47,811 nucleotides of DNA, taken from Candidatus Thalassarchaeaceae archaeon (GTDB lineage Archaea > Thermoplasmatota > Poseidoniia > Poseidoniales > Thalassarchaeaceae). Shown piece after piece: positions 1-8,817 of the stretch (position 1 is the stretch's first letter; each line of letters begins with the position of its first letter). The stretch covers positions 1-47,811 of the forward strand of contig JAQXEV010000034.1 in the NCBI GenBank assembly GCA_029250665.1, in the 5' to 3' direction. Under the pieces are notes generated by a model. That model had not been told where the DNA came from and did not search any database. It saw nothing but the letters and a program-made list of their open reading frames with translations. Made by a program: the position numbers and the translations under genes.

Positions 1-528
1 GGCGATGAGGAATTCACTGTCACTGTCACCGTTACCGACAAGAATAACGGCAGTTACCAACCGATTGCGGTTAAGGTGAAGACCTCGCTACCGGTTCTTG
101 AAATCCAAGAGGTATTCTCCTCGTCTGACCCGGTCTCCGACACGATACACACATTCACAGTTGTAGTTGAGAATACAGGATTAGTCGATGCTCAGCAGGT
201 CACTTTGAATGCAACTATACGCGGAACAGATATTCATTCTAACGCCACAAATGATGTACCTGCGGGAGATGAAGTAACCTACATCATCGATGTAGATCTG
301 AGAGGATTAGCACCGAGTCAGCAATGGTTCGACTTCGTGATTTCTCCAGAAGGCCAAGAGTTCATTGAACAGCCTGAAGAGATGAACAAGCGATACACTC
401 TGAAGACACCTCCAGTCGAGGACACTACTCCAACTACAGTCCTCGGTTTGATTCTCATCGTGTTGCTGGCTCTGGTTCTCTGGTACTTCACTAGATCTGG
501 TTCGCGCCGACCCGGAGCTCCATTCTGA
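1..528 (+). CDS. C-terminal part of a secreted/cell-surface protein (CARDB-like beta-sandwich, C-terminal TM anchor); the 5' end lies outside the window
   Basis: Frame 1 is open from nt 1 (GDEEFTVTVTVTDKNNGSYQ...) to the TGA at 526-528, so the listed GTG at 76 is probably internal. 'VVVENTGLVDAQQVTLNATI' resembles the xxNxGxxxA motif of CARDB-type domains. The hydrophobic stretch 'VLGLILIVLLALVLWYF' followed by basic 'TRSGSRR' looks like a C-terminal membrane anchor. Confidence 0.6.
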   Translation, partial: GDEEFTVTVTVTDKNNGSYQPIAVKVKTSLPVLEIQEVFSSSDPVSDTIHTFTVVVENTGLVDAQQVTLNATIRGTDIHSNATNDVPAGDEVTYIIDVDLRGLAPSQQWFDFVISPEGQEFIEQPEEMNKRYTLKTPPVEDTTPTTVLGLILIVLLALVLWYFTRSGSRRPGAPF

Positions 529-610
529 TACATGTCTTTGAATCGGTTTTGCCACGAGTCCACGCAGGGCTCATAGGCAAAACGATTCGAGGGGACCTTG
601 GTGGATTACT

Positions 611-1846
611 ATGGCTCTTGAAAACCTAGAGTTGATGCCCGAGCCGGAGGACTCACGAATACTCACGGCAGTTGACTCGGCAGCACCAGGTTATCTTGGG
701 TCCGAGTACGGCTTGACCGATCAAGAGGCTAGGGAATTACGTTGGCCACTCGAACCTATGAAGAAATTTCTCTGGCCTTGGGGTGCAGTGAGTTTCGCTA
801 TTGGCACGGTTCTGTTGTTGATTAGTTGGCCTTTCATCCAAGCTTACCTCTTGCCCTTCCTACCCGATTCTGAATGGGCCTATGAGAGCACGGGAATTCG
901 TGAACTCCAGGATGAAGGTTACTTCGGTTCTGGGGTACATGTCTGTATTGTCGATACCGGCATCGATGACGAGCATCCTGATTTCGATCACCTGAACCTC
1001 GTTGGTTTCCGTGATTTCATCGACGGTGACCATGAGAACATCCGAGATGTCGGTGAGGATTACCACGGGACACTCATGGCCGGCCTCTTAGTTGCCAATG
1101 GCACCTATACTGGTGCGGCACCCGAAGTAGATCTCTCAGTGGCTCTTGCCCTCGGCCCCGAAGGCAAATCCGGACAGGCCGACCGTGTTGCGCTAGCCAT
1201 TCGATGGTGCCGAATCACTCAGGATGCAGACATAATCAGTTTGAGTTTAGGAGGTGACCCTGGAAGTGGAATGAGCAACCTTCAATCCGAAACCGTCGCG
1301 GCAGTCAATGAGGCGCTCGATGCAGGAATATTTGTCGTCGCGGCTGCAGGAAACAATGGAATGAAGGCTAACGTCAATGATGTATCAATCCCAGCAAACA
1401 TCCCTGGAGTAATCGCTGTCGGAGCATCGACAAGTAACGGTGGCGTCTGGTTGAATAGTTCCGTAGGATCCTCAATCGACCCGTATTCAGGCGAAGAGCG
1501 GTCCTTCCCGAATCAGAAGCCGGAGGTTCGAGCTCCGGGCGTGAAAATGTTCTCGACCGCGTCAACCGATATCCAACCACCTTACGCCTATTCGACGGGC
1601 ACCTCTGATTCGACAGTAATCGTAGTCGGTGCCCTCTCGATAATCCTCGAAATTCACGGGGAAGAAATGAGGGGGGAGGATGGAGTTTTCGATGCAGGAG
1701 AAATGGATCAGGTCAAGCGCGCTCTGGCAACATCTTCTTTGGTTTCACAGGAAGAAGTGGCATCTCACCACAATAAGAGAGGGTATGGTGTTCTAGATGC
1801 TGTTGAATGGCTGAAACAGGTTGAATTTGAATTCAATATCACCTGA
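611..1846 (+). CDS. Membrane-anchored subtilisin-like serine protease (peptidase S8)
   Basis: S8 motifs occur in canonical order: 'VCIVDTGIDDEHPDF' (Asp), 'YHGTLMAGLL' (His), 'VVAAAGNNG' (oxyanion Asn), 'STGTSDSTVIVVGA' (Ser). The N-terminal hydrophobic segment 'FLWPWGAVSFAIGTVLLLISWPF' suggests a signal anchor. Confidence 0.85.
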   Translation: MALENLELMPEPEDSRILTAVDSAAPGYLGSEYGLTDQEARELRWPLEPMKKFLWPWGAVSFAIGTVLLLISWPFIQAYLLPFLPDSEWAYESTGIRELQDEGYFGSGVHVCIVDTGIDDEHPDFDHLNLVGFRDFIDGDHENIRDVGEDYHGTLMAGLLVANGTYTGAAPEVDLSVALALGPEGKSGQADRVALAIRWCRITQDADIISLSLGGDPGSGMSNLQSETVAAVNEALDAGIFVVAAAGNNGMKANVNDVSIPANIPGVIAVGASTSNGGVWLNSSVGSSIDPYSGEERSFPNQKPEVRAPGVKMFSTASTDIQPPYAYSTGTSDSTVIVVGALSIILEIHGEEMRGEDGVFDAGEMDQVKRALATSSLVSQEEVASHHNKRGYGVLDAVEWLKQVEFEFNIT

Positions 1847-1947
1847 ATTCGGTATGATGATGTATCATGATTCCCTAATCCGTATCAACCGAGCCTACGG
1901 CTCGTTACTACCCTATGATTAAATCAGTTTGATGAACCCCACGATAC

Positions 1948-4900
1948 ATGATGAGCGAGCGAGCAAGAAGTCACTTCCTGGTGATGTTGATGCTGATGAG
2001 CACCACCGTGGCTCTGATTGGACCAGCTACAGTGGTCTCAGCGACCAATGAGACAACCAGTGGGATAATCACAGGAACTGAGACTTGGAGCGGTTCTCAC
2101 CAACTTACTGACGATGTCTCCGTGGCTGCTGGTGCTAAGCTAATTATCGAACCCGGAACTACAATCACTTTCCCAAATGGGACTATGCTAGATGTTCGCG
2201 GAAATCTTTGTGCAGGTGCCTCCGCTTGTGGGGCTAGCGGCAACGCAGGCGCGAATAACCCAATCACTCTGACATGGACTGAACCTGCGGTTTCTAACGC
2301 AACAGGTGAATGCTACGGACTTGGGTCTGGCAACTCGAAGATTTGGATTCGCGATTCCTCTTGTGGAGAAGGAGTGATCCTGAGAGATTCGATGGATCTT
2401 TCACAATCAGGAATGAGAAATATGCACTTCAACGGTGCTTGGGGTATCCCATTCTACGTCCAACTTGAGTCCGAATATCGCTATGGGGCGTTGATTATAG
2501 ACGGCGCTAGCCCAACTCTCCGTGGAATGAAATTCAATGATATCAACACGACGAGCGTCCTCGCCACCAACCTTGCTCAGCCCACTTTCATCGGTGGTGA
2601 GTATGTCGCTGGCAACGATGGGCGGAGTGGAGTCACAGGCCAAGCGGTCCAAGTTTACGGTGGCGGAACTCCGATTTCTCCGATGATTTTCGAAGGTGCA
2701 TCATTCCAATCAACCGACAAGGGTTGTGGAAATCGAGACGGTGGTCGTTCGGCAATCTGGGCTTCGCAGACTTTCATTCGCATTGACGACTCAGAAGTGA
2801 CCAGTGGTGATTTTGGATTCAGTATCCGAAACTCTGCTGGAAAGATTACTAATTCCTCCCTCACGGTGGCTTGCAATGGAATTGATGTCAACAGCCTCAA
2901 GGCGGTTGGAGATACTGAATACAATGTCGAAATTGCCTACAACACCATATCAACTACTGAAAAGACTCCAATCACAGCTTATGCTGGAGCGAATGTCGAT
3001 ATTCACGACAATGTTCTGGAAGGAGCTGGTGACGGCTCGGGAATCGCAGTCTATTCTGCAAAGGCAGCGATTCACAATAATGACATTGGCCCCATCGGCG
3101 GTTGGAACGGTCTCTGGCTTCTAGGATCCTACGATGTGATTGCGGAGAACAATACCATCTTCGACACAGCGAGGGAACCTGTGCTGGCTGGGGAGTACGG
3201 ATCTCAAGCTCCTAATCCTACCCCAGCACGCCTCTACCTCGCGAACAATTCGATTTCTACCTCAGGGGCTGGAGCATGCTCTTCCAACACTTGGTGGGAT
3301 GGCCCATTCACTTGTCCAGCTATTATGGCTCACAGGGCTGGAGTCACAATCGTCGACAATGTCATCGACGCCGGAGGGAATGCCGACGGCATTCGATCAA
3401 CAGGAAGTCTCCTCGATGTCCGTCGAAATACCTTCAATGTGCAAGGAACTGGTGCGATTATCCAACATTATGAACAAGGAGACACTTCACAACAATATGG
3501 AAGCCTCGCTTTCTTCAGTAACAATATCTGGAACGGAGTCGAAGTCACATACAATGTCTCAAAGTCCTCAGTTACAGTTCAATCAGAGTACATCCCGAGC
3601 CCCCCTCCTGGCCAATTCCCCGTGATTCTCAGTTGGGATGATCAGGAGGCATGGCATCAGAATCAGTGGCAGAATGGAGTCATTGCTCACGAAGTCAGGG
3701 CCTGTGCTTCCTGTGATGACTACACTCCTCACAACTTCCCTCTAGCATTGAATATGGACAATAATTCAACCGTATTCACATTCTCTAACTTGTCGAACCT
3801 TGATCTCTCAAAGGTGAAGATTAACACACAACCTACTCATTATGCAGTTCAGGTTCAGCGTGCTGAGTTGGTGCGCTTCCAGACTCTCGTCAATGGACAG
3901 CGGGTGGAAAATGCAAATGTCTTGATTGAAGATTCGCACGGTAATGATTTGTACAGTCTTGAGACTGATGCTGATGGTTACACCCCGTGGTTCTCTTTGG
4001 CATCGAATTCTCATCTAGATTTCAGAGGCTTAGAGGGTGGAGATAATCCCGACGGCTTTGCCGACGATGAATACGAAGATTCGTGTTCTGACGGAGAGGA
4101 TAACGATGGAGACCTCCTTCTCGATACTGACGACCCAGATTGCGATTTATCCTCCGGAACTCGTGAACTTTCCCTCTATCGATATACGGCTTATCGCTTC
4201 GGATTCGGTCTTGACACCGGAGAATTTACTCTGACCGACACGACTTACCAAGACACACTTTTCCTCGAAAACGCGGCTCCTTCCATTGCCGTTATCCAAG
4301 AGGATGGGCACTCTTTCAGACGTGTGTTAAACATCACTGGTTCAGCCTTCGATGGAACTTGGGCTGGAATTTATGCGAATGATGAATTGGCTCAATGGGA
4401 CCAGAGAGGCTACGTTCACGCTGTCGAGATTAAGGATCCATTCACCAGCGATTGGAGTGGAGCCGGCCACGCGACAGATGCAAGTGGAGCCGAACCAGAA
4501 TATGTCTCTCGCAATAATCATCCATTCAGCAATTGGTACTACAATTTCGACATGTCCGGCCGCCAAGAGGGCGACTACACATTCGAGTTCCGTTCCTTCG
4601 ACGGCCTTGAGTATTCACCAATTATCACTCGTACAATCAAGGTCAACACCGAGGCTCCTTCTCTGAGTGTGAGCTCGCCGAGCTCATATTCGACCCATTC
4701 TGATGGGACGGTGACTTTCGAAGGAAGTGCTCACGATCCGTATGGCTGCCCCTTCGATTGTGGTTCTGACATTGATCGGATATACATCCAGATCGATGGG
4801 CCAAATTACCACGTTGTGACTTCTACCGAAGGCGCTAATGAGTGGTCATGGACGTGGGATTTCAGTGGTCTACCACGCGAACTCGCGACTTACACATTCA

Positions 4901-6189
4901 CAATCTGGGCCTCAGACTCTGACTTCTGCAATGGTGAATTAGATGAGTGCCTGCCGGCAGTTCTCGACCTTGAGATAGATAACCAGAATGCTAGACCATT
5001 CGTCAGTCTCACTACACCTCAAAGTGGACAAATCTACGAGGTGAGTGAGGAGTCCATCATCAGCGGAGTCGCCCGAGATAATGATGGAGCAATTACGCGT
5101 GTCGATGTCGAGGTTCTCGACGTCGCTAATGGTTACATCAACATCTTCACAGGAACGGTCACTGAGATTGCTCAGAATGGCTATTGGGAATTGGAGTGGA
5201 ATTCCAATGTCATGATGCACAATATGCAGTATCTCATCAAGGCCCGCTCCTATGACGGAATCGAGTTCAGCGACTGGTTGGAGGTCCAAGTCGTCGCTGA
5301 CAACCCACCGAATGCAGATAACCATCGTCCAACATTCGACGGCAGCTCTTGGGCGTCCGAAGTAAATCTCTATTGTGAGGTCGACACCACCTCTCAAAAT
5401 CCATGCACAAAGGCCGAGATTTCATTATTGGATTACTTCGATGATGTGGATGGTGTGAATAACCTCATTCTCTCTGTCTATGATGACACCGCTCGCTCAT
5501 CCGACGACGAATTCGGTTTAGTAATCAACATCGGAGTCGATGGTGTAGCAATCTACGACCCGAAGTCGATGGGATTCTACAATGAAGATATGGAAACATG
5601 GTCGCTGAGTAATGTCATCTTCGTCGCAACAGATCCTCATGGGTCGAAGGAAATATCGACTCCGGTCTCATTCAATGTCATTCCAATCGAGTTCTATGTT
5701 GGAGAACCAGACCAGACGACTGCAGGAAAAGGAGAGGTGATTACGTTCACTGGAATTGGTTTGCCTGGTAAGACGGTCCGTGTGACATTGGGCGGAACTC
5801 AGATTAATTCAACCGTGGTGTTAGAGGATTCGACTTGGGAACTCGGTATACCAGGGTCGATGATAACCCGAACAATCAATCCAGAATTCACAATCAGTGG
5901 TTCAGATCCAATTGAAGGAATTGCAATCTCACCTCCCGCCGAAGATGGAGGGATGGGTGCAATGACTATGATTCTCATCATCGTTGTACTCCTCGCAGGT
6001 ATCGGTGCAGCGCTTTTCTTCAGCGGAGTAGTATCCTTCGAAGAAGATGAGGAAATCAGCGATGGCGAAGATTCTGACGAAAATGCTAGTGCTCCATCTG
6101 GAGAATTGGTGCGCAGCGACGAACATCCAGGATGGCTCTGGGATCCACAGAAGGAAGAATGGGTACCCGATCCAGACCACATCGCTTGA
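1948..6189 (+). CDS. Large (1413 aa) secreted parallel beta-helix repeat surface protein with Ig-like domains, C-terminal TM anchor and acidic cytoplasmic tail
   Basis: The N-terminus is signal-peptide-like ('HFLVMLMLMSTTVALIGPATVVSA'). 'TGTETWSGSHQLTDDVSVAAGAKLIIEPGTTITF' plus PbH1-like units ('IHDNVLEGAGDGSGIAVYS', 'IHNNDIGPIGGWNGLWLLGS', 'AENNTIFD', 'IVDNVIDAGGNADGIRS') are typical of NosD/pectate-lyase-like right-handed beta-helices. 'EDSHGNDLYSLETDADGYTPWF' is carboxypeptidase-regulatory-like. 'CSDGEDNDGDLLLDTDDPDC' is a Cys-flanked acidic metal-binding-like motif. The TM segment 'MTMILIIVVLLAGIGAALFF' is followed by a 51-aa acidic tail. There are many N-x-S/T sequons. Confidence 0.8.
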   Translation: MMSERARSHFLVMLMLMSTTVALIGPATVVSATNETTSGIITGTETWSGSHQLTDDVSVAAGAKLIIEPGTTITFPNGTMLDVRGNLCAGASACGASGNAGANNPITLTWTEPAVSNATGECYGLGSGNSKIWIRDSSCGEGVILRDSMDLSQSGMRNMHFNGAWGIPFYVQLESEYRYGALIIDGASPTLRGMKFNDINTTSVLATNLAQPTFIGGEYVAGNDGRSGVTGQAVQVYGGGTPISPMIFEGASFQSTDKGCGNRDGGRSAIWASQTFIRIDDSEVTSGDFGFSIRNSAGKITNSSLTVACNGIDVNSLKAVGDTEYNVEIAYNTISTTEKTPITAYAGANVDIHDNVLEGAGDGSGIAVYSAKAAIHNNDIGPIGGWNGLWLLGSYDVIAENNTIFDTAREPVLAGEYGSQAPNPTPARLYLANNSISTSGAGACSSNTWWDGPFTCPAIMAHRAGVTIVDNVIDAGGNADGIRSTGSLLDVRRNTFNVQGTGAIIQHYEQGDTSQQYGSLAFFSNNIWNGVEVTYNVSKSSVTVQSEYIPSPPPGQFPVILSWDDQEAWHQNQWQNGVIAHEVRACASCDDYTPHNFPLALNMDNNSTVFTFSNLSNLDLSKVKINTQPTHYAVQVQRAELVRFQTLVNGQRVENANVLIEDSHGNDLYSLETDADGYTPWFSLASNSHLDFRGLEGGDNPDGFADDEYEDSCSDGEDNDGDLLLDTDDPDCDLSSGTRELSLYRYTAYRFGFGLDTGEFTLTDTTYQDTLFLENAAPSIAVIQEDGHSFRRVLNITGSAFDGTWAGIYANDELAQWDQRGYVHAVEIKDPFTSDWSGAGHATDASGAEPEYVSRNNHPFSNWYYNFDMSGRQEGDYTFEFRSFDGLEYSPIITRTIKVNTEAPSLSVSSPSSYSTHSDGTVTFEGSAHDPYGCPFDCGSDIDRIYIQIDGPNYHVVTSTEGANEWSWTWDFSGLPRELATYTFTIWASDSDFCNGELDECLPAVLDLEIDNQNARPFVSLTTPQSGQIYEVSEESIISGVARDNDGAITRVDVEVLDVANGYINIFTGTVTEIAQNGYWELEWNSNVMMHNMQYLIKARSYDGIEFSDWLEVQVVADNPPNADNHRPTFDGSSWASEVNLYCEVDTTSQNPCTKAEISLLDYFDDVDGVNNLILSVYDDTARSSDDEFGLVINIGVDGVAIYDPKSMGFYNEDMETWSLSNVIFVATDPHGSKEISTPVSFNVIPIEFYVGEPDQTTAGKGEVITFTGIGLPGKTVRVTLGGTQINSTVVLEDSTWELGIPGSMITRTINPEFTISGSDPIEGIAISPPAEDGGMGAMTMILIIVVLLAGIGAALFFSGVVSFEEDEEISDGEDSDENASAPSGELVRSDEHPGWLWDPQKEEWVPDPDHIA

Positions 6190-6226
6190 TGACTCAAGTC
6201 GGTCCGCTCCGCGGATACTTTCTTGA

Positions 6227-8779
6227 GTGGTACGAATCGCTCATCGGTTAATGGCAACCATGGCTGTTCCCCGCCCGGGGGTTCAGGAGCGTATCCTACT
6301 TCATCTGAGGGATTACGTCGATTATGCGGACAAGGTCGAGGTTCCATTCGCAATATCTCAGATGGGAATAGCCAATGCAGTTGCAATCGCAAGGTCAAAT
6401 GTCCCGCGAGCAATCGCTGGTATGAAAGAATCAGGCCACCTCATCGAGAGGCAAGCCCACGTCTCTGGAGTGTCTCGAAAGCGCAAGGCCTACTTTCTCA
6501 CATCGGATGGTGTCAATCTTGCCGACGACATTTGGGTGAAGGTCAGCGAACAACCAGTCCGACTTATCCACGTGGATGGCCGAGCAGAGAACCTTGACTT
6601 ACGTACCGCATTGGAAAGTACAGAATTACCCCTGAGGCACGTCGATATTCTCCGTTACCTCGACCATAGCGGCACGGTGGACCTATCTACACTATCACCT
6701 GACCTCATTGAGCGAGATCTCTCGAAGCATATCGAGAAACAATTGGTCAATTCTCTCAATGATTTACCACGGATGCGCCGATTCTTTGGTCGTGACCACG
6801 AAATTAGCAAAATGGCTGACATCCTCGAAGCCGAATCGACTACACTCCTCGTGCCCGGAATCGCTGGAATCGGTAAGACCGCTCTCGCCGCCAAGTTGCT
6901 TGAGCGATTTACTCACCGCAGGAATATGTTGTATCACAGGTGTCAAGATTGGGAGGGGTCGAGAGCCTTCCTCGAAGCCTGTGCTGAATGGCTCTCGATG
7001 ATTGGGAATAATGATCTTAGTGATTACGTTTCTTCAACACCAGTTCCTCAAGTAAACATGGCCGTGAATCTCATTGTTGAGGGTCTGGAGAATTCCCCCG
7101 CACTCATTGTTATCGATGACTTGCACAAGGTTGCTGACGAGAATTTCGTTGCAATTCTTCGAGGACTCACACTGCGAGTACCCGAATCGAACGAATTGGG
7201 TCTCGTCATGTTCTCCCGCTCGTTCAGAATGGTTGTGCCTGAGGCTGATTCAAGTGGAACAACGGTCACTCACTTCATCCCGCTTGAAGGACTTGATCAG
7301 GATTCAAGTCGACAAATTCTGACTGCAATGCCCGACATAGATCTACAGCAATTCTTGCACATCTACACATTGTCTCGAGGCCATCCTTTGGTTTTGGAAC
7401 TCATCAACAGAGGGAGTGTTGGTGAAACCTTCCACGCAACCCTTGAAGCATTCGTCGAGAAGGAGATTTTCAGCAAGTTATCTGGCCCTCAAAAGCGCTT
7501 ACTTGGTGCAATCGCAGTATTCAGGGAGCCGATGCCTCTAGAGTCTCTTCTTGGTCTCAACGCTGACATAGATTTGCTCGATGATTTGGTCGAGAAGGGA
7601 TTGGCGCGGCGAGTCGATACGGATTTCTACGATGTCCACGATTTGGTCAGAGAGTTCCTTGTTCGCTCGATGGATGAATCTCTCAAAGCGGAACTTCACA
7701 CGAATGCGGTCGAGTGGTATCGAACAAGAACCGAGACCGCTGCCGAAAAAATCGAATTCATTTATCACCTCAATGCATCGGGAGATTTGGAAACCCTTGC
7801 TGAAGTTCTTCAGAAAAGTGGCCGAGGATTGGTTAAATCGGGTCATATCGAACTGCTGGGAATACTCAGAGGCCTCGAATCAGATGGATTCAATGCAGTG
7901 CATTGGGGTCTTATTCGTGAATTGCGAGGTGACATCCTATCTCTCCAAGGGCGCTGGGATGAGGCCGAAGAGGAATATGCAGCTGCAATTCCAGTAGCCA
8001 GAAAGCACAAGCGAGCTACGAGTCTTGCTCGACTGATGACTGCTCGCGCCGATATCGCAGTCAAGCGTGGTGCAATGGATGATGCACTCGAACTTCACCG
8101 CCAAGCTTTGGAAATACAGATTGCTGCGAGAGACGCTGTTGGCGCTGCACGGTCTTACATCAACATGGGCTACATTTTCCGTCGGCGCCGAGATACACGA
8201 CACGCCCTGGAAGTCTACGGCAATGTCGAGGAATTACTTGATGCCGAAGATGATCCAGAATTGATGGATGCTAGAGTCCGCCTTGCAGCAGCATTCCTCG
8301 AGATGGGGGAACTAGACCGCGCGCGTGATCACGCCCTTGCCGCTCACGACGGCACTATGGACAAGGGTATGGACACACTACACGCTCGCAGCAGGGCGGT
8401 TTTGGGTCGTTATTATGCAAATATCAAAGATAATGATCTTGCCCTATTACACTATTCTGCAGCACTTGAGATCCTCTCTGAAGCGACTGACCCACACAGC
8501 GCGGTTGAGGTCGAAATTCTCCTTGGCCAAGTTCTCAGTGATGCTGGACGAAAGTCCGAGGCAGCAGAGCACTATCTAGACGGGCTCGCCGTCGCTGAAT
8601 CCAACGATTTCCGTCTCTTGCAAGGAGAACTCCTTTCTCGTCTTGGTGAGGTCGAAACCGACCGTTCCGCGAGAATGAACTATCTCCAACGTTCGCTAAC
8701 TGTATTCCGTGAGCTCGGCGCAGTTGACCGTATGCGCGATGTTCAGACTGCGGTTCACCGAGCGATCATGGGTCATTGA
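6227..8779 (+). CDS. STAND-class NTPase regulator: N-terminal MarR/TrmB-like winged helix, NB-ARC/AAA_16-like P-loop domain, C-terminal TPR array
   Basis: wHTH: 'ISQMGIANAVAIARSNVPRAIAGMKESGHLIERQAHVSGVSRKRKAYFLTSDG'. 'FFGRDHEISKM' precedes Walker A 'VPGIAGIGKTALAAKL' (about 6857-6880). Walker B is 'ALIVIDDLHK' (about 7103-7129). 'SRGHPLVLELI' resembles the GxPLAL motif of NB-ARC. The C-terminal ~350 aa carry TPR-like repeats ('AARSYINMGYIFRRRRDTRHALEVY', 'LLHYSAALEIL', 'AAEHYLDGLAVA'). The listed start is GTG at 6227; ATG at 6251 or 6260 are alternatives. Confidence 0.8.
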   Translation: MVRIAHRLMATMAVPRPGVQERILLHLRDYVDYADKVEVPFAISQMGIANAVAIARSNVPRAIAGMKESGHLIERQAHVSGVSRKRKAYFLTSDGVNLADDIWVKVSEQPVRLIHVDGRAENLDLRTALESTELPLRHVDILRYLDHSGTVDLSTLSPDLIERDLSKHIEKQLVNSLNDLPRMRRFFGRDHEISKMADILEAESTTLLVPGIAGIGKTALAAKLLERFTHRRNMLYHRCQDWEGSRAFLEACAEWLSMIGNNDLSDYVSSTPVPQVNMAVNLIVEGLENSPALIVIDDLHKVADENFVAILRGLTLRVPESNELGLVMFSRSFRMVVPEADSSGTTVTHFIPLEGLDQDSSRQILTAMPDIDLQQFLHIYTLSRGHPLVLELINRGSVGETFHATLEAFVEKEIFSKLSGPQKRLLGAIAVFREPMPLESLLGLNADIDLLDDLVEKGLARRVDTDFYDVHDLVREFLVRSMDESLKAELHTNAVEWYRTRTETAAEKIEFIYHLNASGDLETLAEVLQKSGRGLVKSGHIELLGILRGLESDGFNAVHWGLIRELRGDILSLQGRWDEAEEEYAAAIPVARKHKRATSLARLMTARADIAVKRGAMDDALELHRQALEIQIAARDAVGAARSYINMGYIFRRRRDTRHALEVYGNVEELLDAEDDPELMDARVRLAAAFLEMGELDRARDHALAAHDGTMDKGMDTLHARSRAVLGRYYANIKDNDLALLHYSAALEILSEATDPHSAVEVEILLGQVLSDAGRKSEAAEHYLDGLAVAESNDFRLLQGELLSRLGEVETDRSARMNYLQRSLTVFRELGAVDRMRDVQTAVHRAIMGH

Positions 8780-8817
8780 GTAGCAAAGGCAGAAACGTCG
8801 TTATTCAAGTTGCGTTA

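Noticed and set aside
540-588. Imperfect 13-bp hairpin 'gaatcggttttgcc ... ggcaaaacgattc' after the first gene. Similar small hairpins occur at 1891-1912, at 28655-28669 ('ggcgcc gaa ggcgcc') and at the convergent stop codons 26574-26588 ('gagtgag a ctcactc').
   Set aside because: Stems of 6-13 bp with flexible spacing are expected by chance several times in 48 kb. Archaeal termination relies mainly on oligo-T rather than hairpins. No shared sequence links them.
1855-1947. C-box-like 'atgatga' and 'tgatga' sequences in intergenic regions (also near 6187 and 46655), checked as possible C/D box sRNAs
   Set aside because: No CUGA D or D' boxes occur at the required ~12-nt spacing after any of them, and several overlap stop or start codons.
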